The position numbers were made by a program, and so were the translations under genes. A DNA stretch of 64,000 bases from Mobula birostris (Eukaryota), in the NCBI RefSeq assembly GCF_030028105.1, contig NC_092398.1, positions 16,372,182-16,436,181 of the forward strand, in the 5' to 3' direction. Under the pieces are notes generated by a model. It worked only from the letters and a program-made list of their open reading frames with translations, searched no databases and was not told the DNA's origin. Position 1 is the stretch's first letter, and each line of letters starts with the position of its first letter. Below are positions 25,885 through 38,867 of this stretch, in pieces.

Positions 25885-25960
25885 CCCTTTAAATAGGAAG
25901 CGCTGACGGCGGTATGCTAATCAAGGAATGGAGAATTCGAGCATGTTCATTGGCTGCTTG
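25885..25960 (-). promoter_or_regulatory. H2B promoter: CCAAT, octamer variant ATTAGCAT, TGACG, TATTTAAA (also upstream of copies 2-4)
   Basis: Plus strand tttaaata 25888-25895, atgctaat 25914-25921, cattggct near 25948-25955; canonical order for vertebrate H2B. Confidence 0.8.
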
Positions 25961-27177
25961 GAGAGACGAATCACCATCGACATTTTTACGACAAATCCTA
26001 TATTTGGATATCGGAAGGAACAAATTGCCAACACTCGCTCCACCCGTCAGCAGACTCACCCGGCCTGCGGACCGGGTACCTTGCTAACCCGTGGATTAGC
26101 CCCTTTGGTTCAAGAACATGATGGTTGAGGGAAAATGACTATTCCTGAAACTCATGGTGTGAGTCCTGAGGCTCTTTTACTTTTCTCCTGTGAGCAGAGT
26201 GAGAAGAGAGCATGTCCTGGGTGGTGGGGGTCCCCGATGATGGAGCCACTTTTAATGAGCTATGAGCTTGGATCCCAAGATTTCCCTGCTTAGCAACATT
26301 TAAGGAACTGTATTGTAAGTTGCTTATTTCATGACCAGCAGGACACAGTTGGAGAAAATTCAGATATCAGAGGGGCAAAGGGACTTGTACAATTTTCCAA
26401 ATGGTTACCTTGCAAGATATGTCAGTGGTAAGGAAGGGAAATGAAAAGTTTGTATCCCTTTCAAGATGCCTAAAATATAAATTCAAGGAAACAATATTGA
26501 GGCATAATAAAGCATTGGTCAGACAGCCTTCAAGTACTGTGAGCAATTTTGAACCCCTTATCTATGAACAGAAGTGTTTTATTTGAGATTGTCCAGAGGA
26601 GCTTCACAAGATTTTGCATGGGAATGAAAATGTTAATGCTTGAGGAGAGTTTGCTAGCTCTGACCCTGTACTCGCTTGAATTTAGAAGAATTAGGGGGAT
26701 CTCATTGAAACCTATTGAATGTTGGAAGGTGTAGATAGAGTGGAAGTGGAGAGGCTGTTTCCTGTAGTGGGGGAGTCACAGACCAGCAGGAACAACCTGG
26801 AGAATATAAGGAAGACCCAATAGAACAGAAGTGAGGATAAATTCGTTTAGCCCAAAGGAGGTGATAGAACAGAGGGCAGACACTGTACAGCCACAAGTTG
26901 AACCAAAACTTTGAGAGCTGGGCTTGGTAGAAGTTCAGTCAGGCCCCAGTTAAGATGAAGAACTGACAAGAGACAGTGTGCACACATAGTGTAGTTATCC
27001 AGGCTGAACACTGCTCTTGAAAGCCTAACTCTCCTGTGTACAGCCTTTCTGAAGCAAAGTCACCAAGAATAACAAAATGGAGATGGAAACAAATGACTCG
27101 AGGGCACATCTGCTACTGGCCTCTTATTTAACTAATTCTCAACCCTTATTGGTTTCTAATATATAGATTATGGGTTA

Positions 27178-28546
27178 TAGAATCATAGAAACTACAGCAC
27201 AGAAACAGGCTCTTTGGCCCTTCTTGGCTGCGCCGAACCATTTTCTGCCTAGTCCCACTGACCTGCACACGGACCATATCCCTCCACACACCTCCCATCC
27301 ATGTATCTGTCCAATTTATTCTTAAATGTTAAAAAAGAACCCGCATTTACCACCTCGTCTGGCAGCTCATTCCATACTCCCACCACTCTCTGTGTGAAGA
27401 AGCCCCCACTAATGTTCCCTTAAAACTTTTCCCCCCTCACCCTTAACCCATGTCCTCTGTTTTTTTTCTCCCCTTGCCTCAGTGAAAAAAGCCTGCTTGC
27501 ATTCACTCTATCTATACCCATCATAATTTTATATACCTCTATCAAATCTCCCCTCATTCTTCTCTGCTCCAGGGAATAAAGTCCTAACCTATTCAACCTT
27601 TCTCTGTAACTGAATTTCTCAAGTCCCGGCAACATCCTTGTAAACCTCTGCACTCTTTCAACCTTATTTATATCCTTCCTGTAATTTGGTGACCAAAACT
27701 GAACACAATACTCCAGATTCGGCCTCACCAATGCCTTATACAACCTCATCATAACATTCCAGCTCTTATACTCAATACTTCGATTAATAAAGGCCAATGT
27801 ACCAAAAGCTCTCTTTACGACCCTATCTACCTGTGACGACACTTTTAGGGAATTTTGTATCTGTATTCCCAGATCCCTCTGTTCCACTGCACTCCTCAGT
27901 GCCTTACCATTAACCCTGTATGTTCTACCTTGGTTTGTCCTTCCAACGTGCAATACCTCACACTTGTCAGTATTAAACTCCATCTGCCATTTTTCAGCCC
28001 ATTTTTCCAGCTGGTCCAAGCCCCTCTGCAAGCTCTGAAAACCTTCCTCACTGTCTACTACAGCTCCAATCTTTGTATCATCAGCAAACTTGCTGATCCA
28101 ATTTACCACATTATCATCCAGATCATTGATATAGATGACAAATAACAATGGACCCAGCTCTGATCCCTGTGGCACACCACTAGTCACAGGCCTCCACTCA
28201 GAGAAGCAATTCTCTACCACCACTCTCTGGCTTCTTCCATCGAGCCAATGTCTAATCCAATTTACCACCTCTCCATGTATACCTAGCGACTGAATTTTCC
28301 TAACTAACCTCCCATGCGGGACCTTGTCAAAGGCCTTATTGAAGTCCATGTAGACAATATCCACTGCCTTCCCTTCATCCACTTTCCTGGTAACCTCCTC
28401 GAAAAACTCCAATAGATTGGTCAAACATGATCTACCACGCACAAAGCCATGTTGACTCTCCCTAATAAGCCCGTCTATCCAAATGCTTGTAGATTCTGCC
28501 TCTTAGTACTCCCTCCAATAACTTACCTACTACTGATGTTAAACTG
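27178..28546 (-). mobile_element. Young 5'-truncated CR1 LINE insertion specific to this repeat unit
   Basis: ORF 27420..28442 (340 aa) with DFNKAFDKV, GVPQGS, KFADDTK; atagaatcatagaa tail; empty site in paralogous unit near 38060-38085. Confidence 0.92.
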
Positions 28547-29049
28547 ATACTTAAACAGGAATTTGATGCAATTCAAAAGTTCAGTATCCATCGAACCAAT
28601 CTGTATACAGCTAGTTGATTACAGGATAAAAATAGCATTGCTTTATTCAATCTTCCAAACAGTGACAGGGGCAGAGTGGGGATGAGAAGAGGGAAGGGTG
28701 TGGGAAAAAAATTACCTGATGGAGAAATCGGTATTCGTGCCTAGATCCCTAAATTCAACCAGCGAGAGTAATTCAAAGCACAAGTACATTGAGCAAGGAC
28801 AAAAGGGAAAATAAAATCAAAATGAAGAATATAATCATTATATCTTAAGAGAAAGTGCAGCACAAGGAAAGTACACAGTGTTTGTCAAGACCCTTAACAA
28901 TGTTGATACAGAGGGGGATGTTCGAGTCCAAGTCCATGGCCCCTGGTAGTGGCTACACAGGTTGTCCATCTGGTAAAGAAGGCGTATTGCGTGCTTGACT
29001 TTATTAGTTGAGGTGACTGCCGGAGTCAGGAAGTTATGTTGCAGTTTTA

Positions 29050-29395
29050 GTTTGGAATCGACTGAGGCTGCCTCTAGAGCACTGTCTGAGCATCCTCTGA
29101 AATAGTCTATAAATCTAGTTAGGACTTCTCTGGAGTACTGTCCAGGCTTCCCCTGGAGTAGAGCCCAAAACTCCAGTTAGGTCTCTTATTGAGTCTAAAA
29201 GTCTAGTTAGGCCTCCCCTGCAGTAGTGTCTAGGCCTCCACTGTATAAAAGAATCTAGTTAGGCCATCTCTGCAGTGGGTCTAGGACTCTTCTGGAGTAG
29301 TATAAAACTCTAGTTACGCCTTCTCTGGAGTAGAGTCTAAAAGTGTAGTTAGGCCTTCTTGGAGTAGAGTTTAAAAGTCTAGTTAGGACTCCTGT
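29050..29395. repeat. CR1-derived minisatellite (about 20-35 bp unit)
   Basis: Recurring aaaagtctagttaggcctcctctggagtagagtct. Confidence 0.85.
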
Positions 29396-30106
29396 GAGTC
29401 CTGATCAAAAACCTAAATCAGTCTTCTCAAAGTTTAAAGGTCAATGTACATTTTATTATCAAAGTATTTATAAATTATACAATCTTGGGATTCGTTTGCT
29501 TACAGGCAGCCACAAAATTACAACATTTACCCAATGTCCCTCGTGTTCAATAAAGTATATCTATCTAAAATCCAATTAAAAAAAGATCAACACCCAATCT
29601 ACAAAAAGATTAAAAAAAGCAAATCAATTCATACAAACAATAAAGCAAGCATCAGTATTCAGAATGAAATTGAGTACATAAGCCTGAAGCCAAAGAGGAT
29701 TAGAGTATAAACGTCCAGTTTGGCCTCCTCTGCTTTGTAGCCTAAGAGACAAGTTAGGACTCCTCTGGAATAGTACATTCAAGTCTGGTTGGTGCATTAT
29801 AGGAAAGAATTGAAGGCTTTGAAGAGGATTCAGAATAGACTTAAGCCATAACAACAGAAATAGGCCAATCAGTACCCTGATTTTGCTGTCATTCCATCAT
29901 AGCTGAGTTATTAATCTTGTCAATCAAATTCTTCCGCCTTCTCCCTGTAACCTATGACTCCCTGACTAATTGAGAACCTGTCATATTCTGTTTTAAATAT
30001 GCTCAATGACTGTCTGTGACAAAGTATTCCACTGAATAACTATCCAGTGGTTGAAGAAAATGCTCCTTACCTCTGTTCTCAATAGACATCTCTCTATCTT
30101 GCACAT

Positions 30107-32010
30107 GAGAAAATAGGCAAAAGCCAGCATCGTTTCATGAAATGAAAATCCTGCCTGACTAACCTACTACAATTTTTTTGAGGAAATTGCAAGCAGGGTA
30201 GACAAAGGAGATGTAGTGGATGCGGTGTAATTGAACTTTCAGAAGGCCTTTGATAAAGTGCCTCAAAGGAGAATGCTTAGCAAGATAAGAGCCCATGGAA
30301 TTACAGGGAAGTTACCAGCATGGGTGAAACATTGGTAGATCATCAGAATGCAGAGTGTGGGAATAAGGGGATCCTATTCTGGCTGGTTGCCGGTTTCCAG
30401 TGGAGTTCCACAGGGGTCGGTGTTGGGACTGTTGCTTTTTACGATATAGGTCGATGATTTGGACCATGGGATTATTGGATTTGTGGCTAAATTTGCCAAT
30501 GATACAAAGATAGGTGGAGGAGTGGGTAGTTTTGAGAAAACACAGAGCTTGCAGAGAGACTTAGATAATTTAGAAGAATGGGCAAAGAAATGCAATGTGG
30601 AAAATGTATGATTATGCACTTTGGTGGAAGAAATAAACAGGCAGACTATTATTTAGATGGAGAGAGAATTCAAAACGCAGAGATGCAACGGGACTTGAGA
30701 GTCCTTGTGCAGGATACCCTAAAGGTTAACTTCAGGTTAAGTCACTGGTGAAGAAGACGAATGCAATGTTGGCATTCATTTCTAAAGGTATAGAATGTAA
30801 GAGCAGGGTTGTGATGTTGAGGTTCTAAGGCACTTGTTAGACTACACTTGCAGTTTTAGGCTCCTTATTTTAGAAAGGATATACTGATTTTGAAGAGGGT
30901 TCAAAGAAGATTCACAAGAATGTTTCCAGGAATGAAAGGGTTACTGTACAAGGAACGTCTCGCAGCTCCAGGGCTGTATTTCCTGGTTTTAGGTGAATGG
31001 GGGGGGGGGGAATCTCACAGAAACATTCTGTATGTTAAAAGGCCTGAACGGATTAGATATGGCAAAGTGAACACAGCAGGCCAGGAAGCATCTTTAGGAA
31101 GAGGTACAGTCGACGTTTAGGAGAAGACAGGATGGGGAGGGATGGAGGTAAGAGCTGGAAAGTTGATTGGCAAAAGGGATACAAGGCTGGAGAAGGGAGA
31201 GGATCATGGGACGGGAGGCCTAGGGAGAAAGAAAGGGGGAGGGGATCCAGAGGATGGGCAAGGAGTTATAATGAGAGGGACAGAGGGAGAAATAAATAAA
31301 TAAATAGATAGATAAATAACAGATGGGGTATGGAGGGGAGGTGGGTCATTAACGGAAGTTAGAGAAGTCAATGTTCATGCCATCAGGTTGGAGGCTACCC
31401 AGAAGGTCCCTTTTGCCAATCAACTTTCCAGCTCTTAGCTCTATCCCTCACCCTCCTGTCTCTCCTATCATTTTGAATCTCCCCATCCCCCTCCCACTTT
31501 CAAATCTCTTACCATCTCTTCTTTCAGTTAGTCCTGATGAAGGGTCTCGGCGCGAAACATCGACTGTACCTCTTCCTACAGATGCTGCCTGACCTGCTGC
31601 ATTCACCAGCATTTTTTGTGTGTGTTGCTTGAATTTCCAGCATCTGCAGATTTCCTCGTGTTTAGATATGGCAAAGTCATTTCCCATGGCAGGGGATTCT
31701 AGGACAAGAGGGCACGACTTCAGGATTGAAGGACGTCCATTTAGAACAGAGATGCGGTGCAATTATTTTAGTCAGAGGCTGGTAAATCTGTGGAACTTGC
31801 TGCCACGAGCAACTGTGGAGGCCAAGTCACTGGGTGCTTTTAAGGCAGAGATAGGGAGGTTTTTGATTAGCCAGGGCATCAAAGGGTATGGAGACAAGGC
31901 AGGGGGAGTTGGGCTGATTGGAAGAATTGGATCAGCCATGACTCAATGGCGGAGCAGACTAGATGGGCCGAATGGTGTTCTTCTGCTCGCATATCTTACT
32001 GTCTTATTCT
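30107..32010 (+). mobile_element. CR1 ORF2 3' part and tail, degenerate
   Basis: SCLTNLLQFFEE, SGVPQGSVLG, KFANDTK, KRVQRRFTRMFPG, SRTRGHDFRI. Confidence 0.85.
31069..31661. mobile_element. Penelope-derived inverted-pLTR insertion with hammerhead motif
   Basis: Inverted arms; plus-strand agtc-CTGATGA-agggtctcggcgc-GAAACatc-gact at 31530-31565; 16-bp TSD ttagatatggcaaagt at 31053-31068 and 31662-31677. Confidence 0.85.
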
Positions 32011-32029
32011 GTGGCTGTGCCGTTTGCTC

Positions 32030-33700
32030 CTAGAATCACCCACTACAGGAAACATCCTCACCAGATCTACTCTATACAGACCTTTTAACATTTGATAGGT
32101 TTCAATAAGATGACACCTCAGTCTTCTGAACTCCAATAAGTTGAGGACCAGAGCCATCAAATGCACAAAATACGTTCACTGTTTCACTCCTGGAATCATT
32201 CTTGGGAAACTCCTCTGGACTCTCTCGAACACCAGCACAATTCTTCTCAGATAATAGGCTAAAAACTGCTCACAATACTGCAAGTGCAGTCTAACCAATG
32301 TCTTATAAAACAGCCTCAGCTTTACATTGACCCGTTTATGTTCTCGTCCTGTGAAAATGAATACTAACACTGAATTTCCCTTCCTTACCTCTGACTCAAC
32401 TGGCAAGATGTCCTTTATGGAATCCTGCACAAGTACTCCCAAATCCCCTTGCACCTCTGATTTTTGAATCTTCTCCTTTTTTAGAAAATAGTCTATGCTT
32501 TTATTCCTTCTACCAAAGTACATGACCATACACTTCCATTCACTATATTGCATCTGCAACTTCTTTGTCTATTCTCCAAATCTGTCTAAGTCCTTTTGCA
32601 GACTCCCAGCTTCTTCAAAGCTTCCTGCCTCTCCACCTATATTTGTATCATCCATTAACAGGACCGAAAGAAGCTGCCGATGTTTGTAAATCTAGTCAGC
32701 TCCATCTGGGTAGTAACCTACAAAGTACCCAGGACATCTTCAGGGAGCAGTGGCTCAGAAAGACAGCGTCCATTATTAAAGACTTCAGCACCCAGGGCAT
32801 GCCCTCTTCACACTGTTACCATCAGGTAGGAGGTACAGAATCATGAAGGCTCACAGTCAGCGATTCAGGAACAACTCCTGAAACAGTTCCTCTGCCATCC
32901 AATTCCTGAAAGCACATTGAATCCTTGGACACTACCTCAATTTTTTAATAAGTAGTATTTCTGTTTTTCTGCATTTTTAAAAAATCTATTCAATATACAC
33001 ATACTGTAATTGATTTATTTGTTTATTTGTTCTTATTATTTTTATTTTTTCTCTCTCTTCTGGATTATATATTGCTTTGAACTGTTGCTGCTCAGTTTGA
33101 AATTTCACATCACATGCCAGTGATAACAAACCTGATCCGGATTCTGAACCTGGCCACAAAGCCATCATTTCCATCATCCAAATCATTTATATATACAGTA
33201 TCATGAAAAACATAGAAAATAGGTGCAGGAGTAGGCCATTCGGCCCTTCGAGCCTGCACCGCCATTTATTATGATAATGGTTGATCATCCAACTCAGAAC
33301 CCGTCCCAGCCTTCCCTCCATACCCCCTGACCCCCCGTAGCCACAAGGAGCGGTCCAAACACTAAACCTTGCAGTAGACCACTAGTCACTGGCAACTAAA
33401 CAGATAAGGCCTCTATTATGCCCACTCTTTGCCTCCTGCTGGTCAGCCAATCTTCTATCCATACGAGTACCTTTCCTGTAATACCATGGGTTCTTACCTT
33501 CTTAAGCAACCGCACGTTCAGCCAGTTGTGCAAGTCTTTTTGAAAATCCGAATAAACAGCATCTACTGACTTTCCTTTATCTATTTTGCCTGTTATTTCC
33601 TCAAAGATTTGCAACAGATTTGTGAAGCAGGATATCTCCTTCTGAAAACTCTGTTGACTTTGGCCTATTTTATCCTGTGCCTTCAAGTACCCCGGAAATT
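32030..33700 (-). mobile_element. CR1 RT fragment with nested L2-like piece; paralogous to about 45170-47220
   Basis: ORFs 32176..32559 and 33396..33686 give CR1 RT peptides. Confidence 0.75.
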
Positions 33701-34350
33701 CAACAATAGAAATTACTCCTTACCTCGAGGATTTTATTGAATGGCGGGGCAGGCTCGATGGGCCGGATGTCCTACTCCTTATGTTCTTATGTAATGAGGG
33801 AGATTGTGGGAGTAAGTACATTTTGGCGGGGAAAATGTGCCATAATGCATGTTCTCTAAATGTTCACAGACAACAAAATATTATCTCATGAGGAGGCTGA
33901 AAGATTAAAAGCTTTCACGGTTGCTGCCCGAGCTACGTTTTACCTGAATTTCAGGACTCCGGTCTCCGCGTTTGTTCTTTTTCCAGATTATCATTGATTA
34001 ATTTTCCAGGAAATGAGTACAAATCTCAAGAGTTTTTATATCAGTTATTCAGGACGTTCGGTAATAATGTTACAGACTAACCTTCAATATAAAAACGGAG
34101 TGAAAATAAAATTGATCCCAACCATCTCTCCGGGGAACATACACACGCCAGCAGAAAAGTTCATCAGCTCCGGAAGAGATTCTGAAAACCATCGCGGCTT
34201 GTTTAGAAAAAAATAAGTAGTCTAAGATAAATTAGTATGAATTTCGTGTTTCTGTAAAAAGAACTTCCTCAGAAATCTTTCGCAGTGACAGCGAAACCCG
34301 AGTTCTTTACTCCACACTCCGCAGGGCAGCCCCTCACAGACACAGTGAGT

Positions 34351-34366
34351 GGCTCTGAAAAGAGCC
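34351..34366 (-). terminator. Histone 3' stem-loop of H2A pseudogene B
   Basis: Minus GGCTCTTTTCAGAGCCactca, perfect. Confidence 0.92.
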
Positions 34367-34397
34367 TTTGGGTAACAGGGTTTCATATTCTGTCGCT

Positions 34398-34711
34398 TCA
34401 CCTACTGGCTCCGCCGGTTTACTTGGGCAACAACACGGCCTGGGTATTGGGTAACACTCCATCCTGGGCGATCGTCACCCATCCGGACCTTGCGGGTCTT
34501 CTCGTTGTTCGGGGCCGCGTTGCCTGCCAGCTCAAGAATTCCAGCCGTCAGATACTCGAACACAGCAGCCAGAGAGACCGAGGCTCCGGCACCCACCAGC
34601 TCATCATAGTTGCGCTTTCTGAAGAGCCGGTGAACCCGGTCCGATGAGAACTGGGCCGGGGACGAGCTTTCCCGCCAGTTTTACTTCGTCTATTTTTCTT
34701 TGTCCGTTTAT
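34398..34711 (-). pseudogene. Histone H2A pseudogene B
   Basis: [27 protein letters not shown]; ATG lost; N-terminal deletion; [20 protein letters not shown] segment deleted. Confidence 0.92.
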
Positions 34712-35220
34712 TTCGACAAGCTCAGCAACACCCGGAGAATGAGGAAAAGCTTCCGGCTCTCCGCCTTCTTGTATGTCCTGTGGGGATGCAGCGGGGCATT
34801 CAGGATTGGTTCAACAACGCTTAAGCTCATTGGAGAGAGCAAATCAACCAGTGAGAGAGCCGACTTATTTACCAAACAAAATCAAAAGCGCGGAAGTAAC
34901 TGCTTATCCGCCGAAAATAAACGGAAATTATAAAAAAATCCGCCAAAAATCCTTTGTTGAAACCCAATCTAAAATTAAATGATTGCTGATCTATTTGTGG
35001 ACGAATTCTCTGCATTAATCCATTACTGAAATCCGCCACATCTAATGATTGGGTGTAGCTAATATTGCAGATGTGTCTGGGGATTTCATTGCTCTTCTCA
35101 AACTACGGCTGGAGATTAGCCTGCAGTTTTCACAAACTACTGGTGAAAGAACCGTTTGACATTGAAATGGGGTACACAGAATATAACTAGAAATGTAGCC
35201 CTCTTTATGAAACACTGAGT

Positions 35221-35236
35221 GGCTCTTAAAAGAGCC
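35221..35236 (-). terminator. Histone 3' stem-loop of H2B copy 2
   Basis: Minus GGCTCTTTTAAGAGCCactca, then aaagagggct. Confidence 0.95.
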
Positions 35237-35268
35237 TTTGGGTTTTCGGTTTGTTTTGGCAGCACTCT

Positions 35269-35640
35269 TCACTTGGAGCTGGTATACTTGGTCACTGCCT
35301 TTGTCCCTTCCGACACGGCGTGCTTGGCCAGCTCCCCGGGCAGCAGCAAGCGCACTGCGGTCTGAATCTCCCGGGAGCTGATGGTCGACCGTTTGTTGTA
35401 ATGGGCTAGACGGGAAGCCTCGCCAGCTATGCGCTCGAAAATATCGTTCACGAACGAGTTCATGATGCTCATGGCCTTGGAGGAGATGCCGGTGTCGGGG
35501 TGAACCTGCTTCATCACTTTGTAGATATAGATGGCGTAACTCTCCTTCCTCACCCTCCTACGCTTCTTGCCAGACTTGCCTGATGGTTTCGGCAGCGCTT
35601 TCTTAGCGCCCTTCTTGGGAGCAGGTTTCTGATCGGGCAT
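35269..35640 (-). CDS. H2B: Histone H2B copy 2 (123 aa)
   Basis: Intact [10 protein letters not shown]...KYTSSK with promoter and stem-loop. Confidence 0.97.
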   Translation of the reverse strand: MPDQKPAPKKGAKKALPKPSGKSGKKRRRVRKESYAIYIYKVMKQVHPDTGISSKAMSIMNSFVNDIFERIAGEASRLAHYNKRSTISSREIQTAVRLLLPGELAKHAVSEGTKAVTKYTSSK

Positions 35641-36373
35641 TTCTTCCGTCCAGTTCAGAATCAAATAAGCAGAATAACAATCGATGCGCCCTTTAAATAG
35701 GAAGCGCTGACGGCGGTATGCTAATCAAGGAATGGAGAATCAGAGCATGTTCATTGGCTGCTTGGAGAGACGCTTCACCATCGTAATTATTACGGCAAAT
35801 CCTATATTTGGTAATAAGAGGCAACAAATTAAAACGCTCGCTCTACCAAGCAGAAGCCTCTCCCAGTCTGCGGGCCGGGAACCTTGCCAATCCGTGACGG
35901 TTTTCGGTGCAATTTATTGCGGCAGAAGGGATAAGAGGTTGTGGCTGACGTTAAACAATGGAAAACGTAAAATACAGATGCAGATGAAATAAACTCACAT
36001 TCAGATGAAAAGTTGAAAGAAAATTTATTATCAAAGTACATATATGTCACCATCAAGAAGCATGATTCATTTTCTTGTGTGCATACTCAATAAATGGATA
36101 ACAGAATACTAGGTTTCATTGAATAAATAAGAGATGCTATCAATTTGGGCATTCAACCAGTGTGCAAAAGAAACAAATTGTGCAAATAAAAAAAATAAAG
36201 TGAATATTAATAATTAATAAGCAATATATATTGAGAATATGAGTTGAAGCGTCCTGAAAGTGAGATCAAGTTGTGGAACGTTTCAATGATGAAGTGAATT
36301 TATCCCTTTTGGTTCAGGAGTCTGATGTTTGGGGGATAATAACCACTACTGAAACTAACAGTGTGAGTCCTCA

Positions 36374-37048
36374 TCAAAGTTGCTGGTGAACGCAGCAGGC
36401 CAGGCAGCATCTCTAGGAAGAGGTACAGTCGACATTTCAGGCCGAGACCCTTCGTCAGGACTAACTGAAGAAAGAGTTAAATCCCATTCCAATTCTGACA
36501 TGTCTACCCATGGCCTCCTCTACTGTAAAGATGAAGCCACACTCAGGTTGGAGGAACAACACCTTATATTCCGTCTGGGTAGCCTCCAACCTGATGGCAT
36601 GAACATCGACTTCTCTAACTTCCGCTAATGCCCCACCTCCCCCTCGTACCCCATCTGTTATTTATTTTTATCCACACATTCTTTCTCTCACTCTCCTTTT
36701 TCTCCCTCTGTCCCTCTGACTATACCCCTCGCCCATCCTCTGGTTCCCCAGCCCTTGTCCCCGGACCTCCTGTCCCATGATCCTCTCATATCCCTTTTGC
36801 CAATCATCTGTCCAGCTCTTGGCTCCATCCCTCCTCCTCCTGCCTTCTCCTATCATTTTGGATCTCCCCCTCCCCCTCCCACTTTCAAATCTCTTGCTAA
36901 CTCTTCCTTCAGTTAGTCCTGACAAAAGGGTTTTGGCCTGAAATGTCGACTGTACCTCTTCCTAGAGATGCTGCCTGGCCTGCTGCGTTCACCAGCAACT
37001 TTGATGTGTGTTGGTTGAATTTCCAGCATCTGCAGAATTCCTGTTGTT
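36374..37048 (+). mobile_element. 5'-truncated Penelope-like element with inverted pLTR
   Basis: GIY-YIG C-terminus SHSNSDMSTHGLLYCKDEATLRLEEQHLIFRLGSLQPDGMN; hammerhead motifs at about 36427-36462 (-) and 36916-36951 (+); TSD gtgtga(g/a)tcctca at 36361-36373 and 37049-37061. Confidence 0.88.
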
Positions 37049-38867
37049 GTGTGAATCCTCAGTCTCTTTTACCTTTGTCCTGATAGCAGAGTGAGAAGAG
37101 AGAATGTCCTGGGTGTTGGGAGTCCAGGATGATGGAACCACTTTCAAGGAGCTATGACCTTAGATCCCAAAATTCCCTGCTTAGCAACATTGTTAAGGAC
37201 CTGTATGGTATTGCTTATTACGTGACCGAGGGCAGTAGGTAACCGATGGAGAAAATTTGGATATCAGAGGGGCAAAGGGACTTGCACAAGTTTCCAAAGG
37301 GTTAATTTTTATGTCAGTGGTAAGGAAGAGAAATGAAATTTCAAGATGCTTAAAATATAAATACAAGGAAATAATATTGAGGCATAATAAAGCATTTGTC
37401 AGACAGCTTGGAGGACCATGAACAGTATTGAAACTGTTATCTAAGACGGGATATGTTGCATTGGAGAGTGTCCAGAGGAGCTTTTTGAGATTTACCATGG
37501 GAATGAAAATGCTATGTTTGAGAGAGTTTAATGGCTCTGTACGCACTTGAATTTAGAAGAATGAGGGGGATCTCATTGAAACATATTGAAAGTTGGAAGC
37601 CCTAGATAGAGTGGATGTGGAGAGGATGTTTACTCTAGTGGGGGATTTACAGAACAGCGGGAACAACCTCAGAATATAAGGAAGATCCTATAGAATTGAA
37701 ATGAGGATGAATTTCTTTAGCCAGGGAATGGTGATAGAACTGTGGGCAGACACTGTATAGTCACAAGCTGAAGCAAAACATTGAGAGCTACATTTCCCTT
37801 TGTATAGCCTTTCTGAGTGTAGTAGTTCAGTTATGCCGCAGTCACGATGATAAACTGACAGAGACAGTGTGCAGACATAGTGCAATTAGGCAGGCGAACA
37901 ACAACCCTCAAAAACTTAGCTCTTCTTTGTACAGCCTTCCTGAATCAAGGTACTGAAGAATAGCAGGATAAAGATGGAAACAAATCTTTCTAGGGCAACA
38001 TCTGCTACTGGACTGTTATTTCACTGATTCTGAAGCCTTATTGGCCTCTAATACATACATTATGGGTTATGATTGATAATTAAACAGGAAATTGATGCAA
38101 TTCAAAAGTGCAGTATTTATCAGACCAATATCTGTATACAGCAAGTTGATTTCAGGATAAAAATAGCATTGCTTTATTCAAATTTCAGAACAGTGTGGTG
38201 ACAGGGGCCAAGATGTTCCCCTTGTGCTCAATAAAGTAGATTGCATTTGAGGAATTATGTAATGTTTCAGGGTCTAGTTAATCACATAACAGACTCTCAG
38301 TCAAACGTATTGTCATAAACACAAGGCATTCTGCAAGTTGGAAATCCAGACACACACTCAAAATGTTGGAGGAACTCAGCAGGTCAGGCAGCATCTGTGG
38401 AAATGAATGAACAATCAACATTTCAGTCCAAAACCCTTATTCAGGACTGGAAATAAAGGGGAATGATGCCAGAATAAAAAAAAGTGGGGAGGAGGAATAG
38501 CTAGAAGGTGATAGGTTGAGCCAGCTCGGTGGGAAATGTAAAGTGATGGAGAAGAAGGAATCTGATAAGAGAAGAGAGTGGACCATGGGAGAAAGGGAAG
38601 AGGAGGGCATCAGGCAGAGGTGACAGGCAAATGAGAAGAAGAGATAAGAGGCCAGAGTAGGGAATAGAAGAGGGATGGGAGAGCGAAAAAAATTACCTGA
38701 AGGAGAAATCGATATTCACGCATAGATTCCTAAGTTCATTCAGTGAGAGTAATTCTAAGCACAGGTATATTGAGGTAGTACAAAAAGGAAAACAAAATCA
38801 AAAAGCAGAATATACCATTCTATCTTAAGAGAAAGTGTAGTGCAAGAAAACCACACAGTATTTGGCA

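Noticed and set aside
27420-28442. 340-aa RT ORF as an active retrotransposon gene
   Set aside because: 5'-truncated, no endonuclease, and frameshifted near the C-terminus
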